DNA from: a bacterium
Lineage (GTDB): Bacteria > Bacteroidota > Ignavibacteria > UBA10030
Assembly: GCA_043803945.1 (NCBI GenBank)
Contig: JAZDJN010000003.1
Coordinates: forward strand, 1-61,733
DNA: 61,733 bases
Reading direction: 5' to 3'
Shown one piece after another: positions 49,941 to 58,598 of this stretch (position 1 is the stretch's first letter; each line of letters starts with the position of its first letter). The notes beneath the pieces were generated by a model. The model was not told the DNA's origin, searched no databases, and saw only the letters and a list, made by a program, of their open reading frames with translations. The translations under genes and the position numbers were made by a program.

Positions 49941-52190
49941 ATGATTGGTCAAATTGCAATTTGGGTTGGTTTTCTTGGTGCGGCGATTTCAGCGTTTGCC
50001 TATTACCGGGTATCTCAGGGTAATGATTCGATGCAAAAATTTGCACGCAACGGATTTGCTGTAACGTTCGGGTGTACCCTCGCTGCTTCAGTGCTGCTGA
50101 TGCTCTACATCATGCAACACCGCTTCGAGTACGATTATGTCTGGAGCTATAGTTCACGGGATCTGCCAACAGCACTTCTCATCACAACATTTTGGGCCGG
50201 GCAGGAGGGAAGCTTCCTCCTATGGGCGTTTTGGAGCATCTTTATCGGCATAGTTCTTCTCCGCTCTTCAAAAAAGAATAAAAACGAATCGGAAGTGATG
50301 GCGGTTTATATGTCGATTGTCGCTTTTCTTCTGCTCCTCGTCGCCGTTAAATCTCCCTTCAAATACATCTGGAATGTCCATCCGAATGACGTTACTGTCG
50401 GTCAAATTCCGAATGATGGAAGGGGACTAAATCCATTGTTGCAGAATTTTTGGATGCTCATCCATCCTCCAATTCTTTTCATTGGATTTGCGGCACTTGC
50501 CGTTCCATTTTCATTCGCAATTGCGGCGCTCTGGAAAAAGCAATACCAACAATGGATCTCCGCAGCCTTGCCATGGGTTTTATTTGGAGCACTCTCACTT
50601 GGTGCAGGGCTAATCCTTGGCGGCTACTGGGCGTACGGTGTCCTCGGTTGGGGAGGCTGGTGGGGCTGGGATCCAGTCGAGAACTCCTCTCTCGTTCCAT
50701 GGATTGTATCTATTATTCTTATTCATTCGATTCTCACTCAACGAAAAACCGGCCGGCTCGCAAGAACAAATTTTGCCCTCGCCGTGACGGGATTCTTTCT
50801 TGTGGTCTACAGCACGTTCCTTACACGGAGTGGTATTCTCGGTGATTCATCGGTGCATTCTTTTGTCGATCCGGGAGCATTTGCCTACACACTCCTTATC
50901 GTGTGGCTGGTTCTTACAGCGCTTCTCGGCTTCGGACTTCTTGGAAAACGCTGGAAAGATTTAACCTCTCCTGCAGGTCATAGTCATCTCTTTTCTCGCG
51001 AGGGTTTCCTCGCTCTTGCCAGTGTGGTTATGGGAGCAAGTGCACTTGTTGTATTCTTCGGTACTAGCCTGCCAATCGTTTCGAAAATCACCGTTGAGCC
51101 AAGTTTTTATGACAGAACAAATCTCCCTCTCGCTATTCTGATGGGTGTATTGCTAAGTTTCAGTTTGCTCCTCCAATGGAGCATCCAGGGTGGTAAGGAA
51201 ACATTCAAAAAGGCATTCATTGCGCTTGGAGCGGCTCTGGTCGTTACGATCATTCTCATCATCGTTGGTTTGAATGACTGGCGGATGATTCTGTTCGCCT
51301 ATAGTTCATTGGTTGCATTCTTCTTGAATATCGAGACCGGGCTGAGGCTGGCAAAGCAAAATATTCAGTGGGTGGGAGGACCTATTGCCCATGTGGGACT
51401 GGCACTGCTCTTCCTCGGAATCATAGGTTCGGGCCGCTATGGCGAGAAGGTTAATGTTTCGCTGCCATTGCACGAGCAAAAAGAGGCGCTGGGATATACC
51501 TGGACTTATTTGGGCTCTAAACAGAATTCTGAAGGTAAGAGTGTCTTCACCATTAAAGGTGAGCGAAACGGCTCCGTGTTAACTCTGGAACCGGTCATGT
51601 ATATGAGTTCGTACAACAACAATATTATGCGCAATCCTGATTACGTTAGTCTTCTGACAAAGGACCTCTATCTGGAACCGGTATCACTCGAGCAACCGAA
51701 CGAATCCGAAGCGAAATCAATGGATACATATAACCTGAAAAAAGGAGAGCCCATATCGATTCAGGGAGTACAGGTGACCTTCCTCCGCTTCGAAATGGGC
51801 GCCCATGGGAAAGATGGCATGATGGGAGGCAGCCAATTTGGAATCGGCGCAGTATTGGAAGTCCGGAAAGGGACGAAGACCGAACAGCTTACTCCTGTCA
51901 CATTTTTCCAGGGTCAGAATATCGAGCGAATGGATGCGGCGATGTTGAAGGACAGCAGTCTTGGATTTCAGATGCTTAAAATGAACATCAATATGGAGAA
52001 TAAGGAAGCTCTTGTTCAAATACAGGTGGTGAAACCTGGAGCAGCCGCTCCATCCAGTTCGAACAAAGAAATCCTTATTGTGGAAGCGAGCGTGAAACCC
52101 TTTATTACACTCGTCTGGTTTGGAGCATTCTGTATAATCCTGGGACTTGGGATTTCAATTTATCGTCGCCGCCTGGGATTTGAATCTTAA
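49941..52190 (+). CDS. ccmF: Cytochrome c biogenesis heme lyase CcmF/NrfE (System I) with an extended C-terminal periplasmic domain
   Basis: WAGQEGS.LLW, G.GLNPLLQN..M.IHPP, WGGWWGWDPVENSSL.PW, FLTRSG...SVHSF, AHVG, KPFI..VW. Confidence 0.9.
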   Translation: MIGQIAIWVGFLGAAISAFAYYRVSQGNDSMQKFARNGFAVTFGCTLAASVLLMLYIMQHRFEYDYVWSYSSRDLPTALLITTFWAGQEGSFLLWAFWSIFIGIVLLRSSKKNKNESEVMAVYMSIVAFLLLLVAVKSPFKYIWNVHPNDVTVGQIPNDGRGLNPLLQNFWMLIHPPILFIGFAALAVPFSFAIAALWKKQYQQWISAALPWVLFGALSLGAGLILGGYWAYGVLGWGGWWGWDPVENSSLVPWIVSIILIHSILTQRKTGRLARTNFALAVTGFFLVVYSTFLTRSGILGDSSVHSFVDPGAFAYTLLIVWLVLTALLGFGLLGKRWKDLTSPAGHSHLFSREGFLALASVVMGASALVVFFGTSLPIVSKITVEPSFYDRTNLPLAILMGVLLSFSLLLQWSIQGGKETFKKAFIALGAALVVTIILIIVGLNDWRMILFAYSSLVAFFLNIETGLRLAKQNIQWVGGPIAHVGLALLFLGIIGSGRYGEKVNVSLPLHEQKEALGYTWTYLGSKQNSEGKSVFTIKGERNGSVLTLEPVMYMSSYNNNIMRNPDYVSLLTKDLYLEPVSLEQPNESEAKSMDTYNLKKGEPISIQGVQVTFLRFEMGAHGKDGMMGGSQFGIGAVLEVRKGTKTEQLTPVTFFQGQNIERMDAAMLKDSSLGFQMLKMNINMENKEALVQIQVVKPGAAAPSSSNKEILIVEASVKPFITLVWFGAFCIILGLGISIYRRRLGFES

Positions 52191-52227
52191 CACCGAACCG
52201 AGAGCGTTTCGGCAGGTATGATCATCG

Positions 52228-52259
52228 AGATGGGAGAAAAGTTGTTATCTCCCATCTTT
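52228..52259 (+). terminator. Stem-loop, probable terminator after ccmF
   Basis: AGATGGGAGA/TCTCCCATCT 10-bp perfect stem, short T-tail. Confidence 0.5.
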
Positions 52260-52598
52260 GCTGTACGGGGAGGAGTTCAGATTATCAAGGAGGTGTTTGC
52301 TGCCGGAACTTCGATTGAAAGCTGATTTCACTAACTCAACCTCTCTCTAAACTCCTTGCCTCCAATAACCTGAAGCTTGCTCATTAATCTCCAATTCTCA
52401 CGCCGGCAGGCAGCATACTTCTGTCACACATTCCAGCATTAATGAAAAAAGAAAAATCCAAATTATTGGTATAAACACTTACAATGTTTTGAACCGAAAC
52501 TGAACACGAGTTGGTTTTCAGAAGCGGGAAGATAGTGGAGTTTGCTCTGTCGCGAAGAACAAAGAAGAATCTGGAAGAGTCAGGACGATGTGGTATAG

Positions 52599-53303
52599 CT
52601 ACGGCTTTGTGTTCTCCTCAGGGAGATCGGGGAGGATAAATGTTTTTGGTCCTCCAACTGCCGGATCGATAATTTCCGTATGGAGTTCTCCCAGCTTTCG
52701 GAGGACGACAGTCATGCGATCGACATTTTCAATCAGGGAGTGAGTATACTTCTGGCAGTCTTCCCGGGAGAGATTATTAGTAGTAGCCATGCGTGATGCC
52801 AGCAGCTTTAAAACCGCCATTGGATTATTCAACTCATGATGGATTGTTTGAATGGTGGTACGAATTGCATCCATACGCTGTTTGGTTACTTCGAGTCTGG
52901 CGATCCTGAGCTTATATTCCCGCTTTTCGAGTGCCGATAGAACTGCACGTTCCAGATAATGAGGTTTGGCAATATCCTCTTTTGGAATATATTCGTCGGC
53001 TCCCTCTTTCAGCGAGTTCTGGACGACACGATAGTCTTTACTCACCGAGAGGCAGATCACCAATGTCTCTGTATTGAATTTCCGAAATTCTCTGAGAAAA
53101 TCGGCACCGTTCATACCGGGCAACATGTAATCGAGAAGAATAATATCGAATTGACCCTGAGTCGAGATACACTCCAGAGCATCTTCGGCCGAACTCACGA
53201 CCATCGGCCTGTAGATTGCCTCCTGGGCGCTTTGAAGTGTCACCTGGAACAGTTTTCCGAAGACGGGGTCGTCGTCAACAATCAGTACTCGATAATCTCG
53301 CAT
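52599..53303 (-). CDS. Response-regulator receiver protein with a C-terminal HisKA-like helix pair (no HATPase)
   Basis: VLIVDDD, LLDYMLPGMNG, GADEYIPK; HHELNNPM H-box. Confidence 0.85.
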   Translation of the reverse strand: MRDYRVLIVDDDPVFGKLFQVTLQSAQEAIYRPMVVSSAEDALECISTQGQFDIILLDYMLPGMNGADFLREFRKFNTETLVICLSVSKDYRVVQNSLKEGADEYIPKEDIAKPHYLERAVLSALEKREYKLRIARLEVTKQRMDAIRTTIQTIHHELNNPMAVLKLLASRMATTNNLSREDCQKYTHSLIENVDRMTVVLRKLGELHTEIIDPAVGGPKTFILPDLPEENTKP

Positions 53304-53477
53304 GTCGTAGCTGGCTGCTTAATAGTTAATGGGAATAGTGTACCACACTCTTATTTATCATCAGAGAAGTAGAGTGAGTTTTTTCCTTCTCGCCTCATAT
53401 TCCTGCTTCGATGAAATCTAAGAAGGAACATTCATCGGGAGTAAGCTCTCGAGAGCACTAATGTTTCGATGAACATG

Positions 53478-54206
53478 CTATCGTATGGTTTGCTGCCAAT
53501 AGGTGGTGTTCGTCCGTTGATTGATGAGCAGAATTTGTTTTGGTATGATGCTCAGCCTTGCCTGGCGCGTGGCATCCTTCTGGTTTAAATCAACAACGAA
53601 GCGAACCTTGAAATAGATCGATGCCTCATCACCCTTCGCTGTGCGGGCAGCATCACGTTCGATTGGCCAGTTGAACGTGGGATTGAATTTTAGATAGATC
53701 GATGATGCCCGATATCCTTTTCGAATTGAATCAGCAATGCCGACGTAGGGATTGTCAGTAACAGTGGATTGCAGAATGGGAATATTATAGGGTGCTTCGA
53801 TTGTATTTAAGCATGTGAGTTTGTATACTTTTGCGTCAGCATTGAAGGATTGGAGACTGGCCTTTAACAGAATTCCAAAAACACGCTGATCGAGTTTTTT
53901 ATCTTTGACATAATCAGTAATCTTTTTAAGGTATTCCTTCCTTGTCTCCAGAATCCGTTTTTCGAACTCCGGTGTCGTTTCAAATTCTGATTTCTTTGCT
54001 GTCGAAGTGTGGAGCGTATCCGTTATATCCTTGAGGAAACTCCAGGCATCCTTGAGGATCAAATTGAAGTCCGCTGGAGCCATATTGTCATCGGGCTGGA
54101 TCACGGTCTGCGTCTGACCGAAGAGAAAGAGCGGAAATACCAGCGAGAGGAATACCATGCAATAGAGTAACAACCTGATGTGAGAAGATGTCTTCATACG
54201 ATTCAC
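53478..54206 (-). CDS. Exported hypothetical protein
   Basis: 242-aa ORF with signal peptide ending LFGQ; KSEFETTPEFEKR segment. Confidence 0.7.
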   Translation of the reverse strand: MNRMKTSSHIRLLLYCMVFLSLVFPLFLFGQTQTVIQPDDNMAPADFNLILKDAWSFLKDITDTLHTSTAKKSEFETTPEFEKRILETRKEYLKKITDYVKDKKLDQRVFGILLKASLQSFNADAKVYKLTCLNTIEAPYNIPILQSTVTDNPYVGIADSIRKGYRASSIYLKFNPTFNWPIERDAARTAKGDEASIYFKVRFVVDLNQKDATRQARLSIIPKQILLINQRTNTTYWQQTIR

Positions 54207-54329
54207 CTGCTAGGTATGATTATGCTGATTTGATCATCTGTGTGCTTCATGATTCTGTAAATATTTAAGAAGCAACAATCCCCGAATTCTCCAGTTGGAG
54301 AAGTAGAGGGCCGAGTCAAAGCTTCCCGG

Positions 54330-54584
54330 CTACAGCAATATACAAGATTTCTCTGAATTTGCACAATAGTTTTTCTTATTTGCCAATATATATTCCAGCA
54401 GATCGGTACTCGTTCCGATCATGGTGTTCCTGAGAAAAACATTTGCACCAACAAGTGGGATATGCTGACCGCTCTCGTAAACCGTTCCGGAAATGGTTCC
54501 GGTTTCCATTCTCCCTTGTGCCGTTCCATGGAGCAACGGTATCATGAGGCAGCAGCAGAGGAGATAGTTGACACGGAGGCGCAT
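54330..54584 (-). pseudogene. Truncated N-terminal fragment of a carboxypeptidase-regulatory-domain (TonB receptor-like) gene
   Basis: Signal peptide plus GTISGTV.E.....PLVGANVFL.NT.IGTSTD, then similarity is lost and a stop follows. Confidence 0.6.
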
Positions 54585-54958
54585 ACTCTTTTCTTTCTCA
54601 CTGGAAGCAATGTGACAATGGAAGAGGACTAAAGCTACAAAGAAACCGGGTGTGAACGGAGATGACGATACGACACCTGGATAAACGTTGATCCGGACAA
54701 CGATAAAAGAAATTGTGGTTCCTTTCCTGCCCGGAGGTTATGGAGAAGAGCACAACACCAGAGAAAAGAACGTTGGTCACTAATCTGTACAGAGCGATCT
54801 GAGAGTGTCTTTCGGTCATTGAGTTGAAGTCTGCCTGTGAAGTAGGTGTTGTCTAAGTGGCAAAGTACGATTCTGTACGGAGGCTCGTTGCCTTCATCGA
54901 GAACCAATCCCTAAAGACGATGATAAGCTACTCTTTGATCGAAAAAAAGTTTTGCGGT

Positions 54959-56770
54959 CTATTGAGCAGAGAAAAAGATATCGATTTCATACCATAAAGG
55001 TTTGATGACACTCTCGAGATGGTTGAGCTGAATCTGCCGAAAGGCGAATTTCACCTTGAGTCCTGGCTGGGATCGTTCCAACGTTAATTGCTCAAGGGAT
55101 GGAGTCTTGCCGGACACATCGGTATTCTGCCTGACACATTGAGTAAAAAATTCAGTAAGGTTCACACGCATCGAATCAATTACACCGTCTTGTAATTTTC
55201 GCATAAGAGTGATTTCCGTAAGGTCGTCGCTGATTCTGCACGCGAGCACGTCGTTAGCAAATTCTTTTTTTCCAAACGTGGTGCCTATGCGTTCTGCGCG
55301 GAGGAGATAATCATATCCTTTGATGTCGATGATCGCGCCTTCTTTTGCAGTGAATGAGGTGCGGGTTCCATCACTTCCATACCAAGTTCTGACGTAGGTA
55401 ACTCCAAGAATTTTAGCAATCTCAGAAGGTTCCTTATACCACGAAGTTCTGTTTGGGGAATCGGTGAGAAGTGATTCGGAAAACCATGGTTGGATCTGTG
55501 TATAACCATGGATCATAAATAGGTAATCCAGAATTGAACTAATTTGCTTTGTGTCTTTGAAGGGGATGTCAATGGTAGAGCGCTGTATTGTGCTGTTGAT
55601 GAGTATGGAATTTTTTGTAAGCAGTTCCTGAAGATGCCCAATCTGGCTTCTTTCGGATATCTCGAACATGCTCCAGGGCCCGATGCTAGTCAGAATTGCG
55701 AGGATACAAAGTGAGCCGGGGATGAGTTTGATATTTTGCTTTTTGCTGAAGAGGAAATATACCGTCATCACAGTAATCCAGACTCCAAGGAGAAGCCCAA
55801 TGTATCGAGACTCCGTCATCCCGTACTCTGAAATTCTTCTCCAGAGAGCAGGGAACAGGATGACGATTTGCGGAATGAGCAGGAACAAAAACCAGCGCAT
55901 TGCTTTTGGTATCCATTGATTCTCGATCCGGTGGCGAATTGGATACAAGATCACGAAGGTAAAGAAGGCAGACCCTGCAAATCCCAGGATTAGTCTGCCA
56001 ACCCAGCCTTCCGGCCAACTCCAGGTGAGTAATATTTTCCCGAGATAAGCATAGAGAATGATGCCGTAGATGATAAGCATTGGAAGAAGTATATACTGGC
56101 CAAAGACTCTTAGTGCTTTTGGGTAGTCGGTGGTGGTCTCCAATTGCTCAATCTCGTGTGGAACACCGGAAAGAAAAAACCATGTCATCACAATTCCATT
56201 AATAGCAATCCATAACTCACCATACCTTTTCCCGGGAACATCCATGCCAAAGAGATTATCCAGAGCAGCAAGTGCCAGCGAAAGTCCGGCGTAGAGGATG
56301 ATGGAATAGAGGATGGCCACCAACGATTGAAGCAACATCATTTTATTGAACTGCCAGAATCCGTTAATCTCATCCTTCGTAATGAAGGGAGCGACCGACA
56401 CCAGCAGATGCAGAGCGAGGGCGAAAGCCGAAAGCCGGATAAAGGTTATGGCGGGAGCTCCAATCAGGTTCGATGGCACAGTCAATGCATAACCAACCAG
56501 GAAAAGTATGCCGACGAATTGCAGGACTCCGGACTTTAAGAAACTCCATTTTTGTCTTTCTGCAAAGAGCACAAGTGCAATGAGGAGTGGAATTCCCAGA
56601 ATAGCGGCAAGAAGAATGTTAAAGAGAATGGTTGGTTGAGGGGGACCTTCGTGGTCAACCAGAAGAATTGCCGCCACAGTACCAACGGTCGCGGCAAGGA
56701 AAACTAATGGAAATCGAGAAGATGTTCGGGCGGAATCCTGAAGAAGCTGACGAAATGATGGGAGTTTCAT
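54959..56770 (-). CDS. DUF4153-family multi-pass membrane protein
   Basis: RFP, FWQFN, LALAALDNLF, YPKAL..F.QYILLP....Y..ILYAY..KI...W.WP.G, RRISEYG.TE.RY, GPWS...S..SQ. Confidence 0.82.
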   Translation of the reverse strand: MKLPSFRQLLQDSARTSSRFPLVFLAATVGTVAAILLVDHEGPPQPTILFNILLAAILGIPLLIALVLFAERQKWSFLKSGVLQFVGILFLVGYALTVPSNLIGAPAITFIRLSAFALALHLLVSVAPFITKDEINGFWQFNKMMLLQSLVAILYSIILYAGLSLALAALDNLFGMDVPGKRYGELWIAINGIVMTWFFLSGVPHEIEQLETTTDYPKALRVFGQYILLPMLIIYGIILYAYLGKILLTWSWPEGWVGRLILGFAGSAFFTFVILYPIRHRIENQWIPKAMRWFLFLLIPQIVILFPALWRRISEYGMTESRYIGLLLGVWITVMTVYFLFSKKQNIKLIPGSLCILAILTSIGPWSMFEISERSQIGHLQELLTKNSILINSTIQRSTIDIPFKDTKQISSILDYLFMIHGYTQIQPWFSESLLTDSPNRTSWYKEPSEIAKILGVTYVRTWYGSDGTRTSFTAKEGAIIDIKGYDYLLRAERIGTTFGKKEFANDVLACRISDDLTEITLMRKLQDGVIDSMRVNLTEFFTQCVRQNTDVSGKTPSLEQLTLERSQPGLKVKFAFRQIQLNHLESVIKPLWYEIDIFFSAQ

Positions 56771-57126
56771 AATACTCTCAGATTGTGGATTGAGGATTTA
56801 TGCCGATAGGATATCAATAGTATTATTCTCAGATTTGATGGGTCTTCAGTCCAAAAACAATTACTCTATCCCTTTCAGTGAAGACGGTACTCTCGGACAT
56901 CAACGATGGATTAAAATAGAGAATGTAAAAAGGAATTGCAAATGGAATATCCGGGTCGCATCAATTGGATCAAACCCACTGTCAGGGTAAGCATCAAATG
57001 GGAGTCGGAAAAGGAAATTGAGGCATGAGGCTCTTGAGGGAATCCCAAGGAGCTTGCCTTTCGAGCAGGTGATATCTATATTGCATTCAGTCATTTTTAC
57101 CATTATGTTCACTTCGAGGGAAAATC

Positions 57127-58518
57127 ATGCAGCAAATTCTATCGTTTATCGGTACAAATTCGGAACGCTATATTTCCGAGTTAAAAGAGCTACTGGCAAT
57201 TCCCAGTGTCAGTTCGCAATCCAACCATGTCGATGACATGCGCAAATGCACGAGCTGGCTTGCTGATCATTTAACATCGGTTGGCATGCAAAATGTTCAG
57301 GTTATGGAGACAAAAGGTCATCCAGTCGTCTACGCGGATTGGCTGAATGCACCGGGCCAGCCGACCCTTCTTATCTATGGCCATTATGATGTCCAGCCGG
57401 AAGAACCTATTGAACTGTGGCATTCGCCCCCCTATGAAGCGACCATCCTAGACGGTAATTTGTATGCCCGCGGTGCTGCCGACGACAAGGGGCAGTTCTT
57501 CATTCATATTAAAGCGCTTGAAGCGTATTTGAAGAATACGGGCAGCCTGCCGATCAACATCAAGATGATCGTGGAAGGTGAGGAGGAAATTGGGAGCGAA
57601 CATCTCGGTGAGTTTCTGAAAGAGCATAAGGAAATGCTTAAGGCGGACTTGATCGTGATTTCTGATTCTTCAATGTTTGCCAAAGGTGTGCCCTCGGTGT
57701 GTTACGGTTTGCGCGGACTCGCTTATATGCAGGTGGAGGTAACAGGTCCGAACGGCGATTTGCACTCCGGATCCTTCGGTGGCTCGGTGCATAATCCGAT
57801 TCAGGCGCTGGCCGAGTTGATTGCATCACTCCACGACAAAAACGGCAAGATCACAATTCCGGGATTTTATAATGATGTCCGTTCGCTCACGAAAAAAGAA
57901 CGTGATGCATTCAAGAAACTTCCCTGGAAAGACAGGAAGTATGCTGCATCGCTTGGAGTCAAACAACTCTATGGAGAAAAGGGCTACACGACACTCGAAC
58001 GATTATGGGCCAGGCCGACACTCGAGTGCAATGGTATCTGGGGTGGGTACATCGGCGAAGGTGCTAAAACGGTCCTTCCCTCAAAAGCCTGCGCAAAAAT
58101 ATCCATGAGATTGGTTCCTGATCAAAGCTCTGCAAAGATCGCCAAGCTGTTTGAGAAACATCTGAAAAAGATCGCGCCTCAATCGATTCAGATCGTTGTA
58201 AAAGCATTACATGGAGGTGAGCCAGCGATGACGCCAATTGAAAGTCCCGGAGTGCAAACGGCCATCGCAGCGCTGCATAAAGGCTTTGGGAAAAAACCGT
58301 TATATCAACGGGAGGGCGGTTCAATTCCCATTGTGGTGGATTTCAAAAAAATCCTTGGCCTTGATTCTGTTCTGTTGGGATTCGGATTGCCTGATGAGAA
58401 TGCTCATGCCCCGAATGAATTCCTTAACCTTGATAATTTTTTTGGTGGAATTCGTACAGCGGCACACTTCTATAATGAATTGCCTCTCTATTGGGGCGAG
58501 AGAGCGAAGAAATCATAA
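57127..58518 (+). CDS. M20-family dipeptidase (acetylornithine deacetylase/CNDP-like)
   Basis: YGHYDVQP, RGAADDKGQ, EGEEEIGS, DLHSG, GGSIP, HAPNE. Confidence 0.93.
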   Translation: MQQILSFIGTNSERYISELKELLAIPSVSSQSNHVDDMRKCTSWLADHLTSVGMQNVQVMETKGHPVVYADWLNAPGQPTLLIYGHYDVQPEEPIELWHSPPYEATILDGNLYARGAADDKGQFFIHIKALEAYLKNTGSLPINIKMIVEGEEEIGSEHLGEFLKEHKEMLKADLIVISDSSMFAKGVPSVCYGLRGLAYMQVEVTGPNGDLHSGSFGGSVHNPIQALAELIASLHDKNGKITIPGFYNDVRSLTKKERDAFKKLPWKDRKYAASLGVKQLYGEKGYTTLERLWARPTLECNGIWGGYIGEGAKTVLPSKACAKISMRLVPDQSSAKIAKLFEKHLKKIAPQSIQIVVKALHGGEPAMTPIESPGVQTAIAALHKGFGKKPLYQREGGSIPIVVDFKKILGLDSVLLGFGLPDENAHAPNEFLNLDNFFGGIRTAAHFYNELPLYWGERAKKS

Positions 58519-58598
58519 TTGTTGTGTTGTTGAGTCTGTTGTGCGAAAAAGGTTGCCCTTAACCAGAGACCGTAGCAATATTCACGTACAATATAAGT

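Noticed and set aside
54598-54907. Two short overlapping minus-strand ORFs
   Set aside because: No recognisable domain or RBS; possibly degraded sequence, but unsupported.
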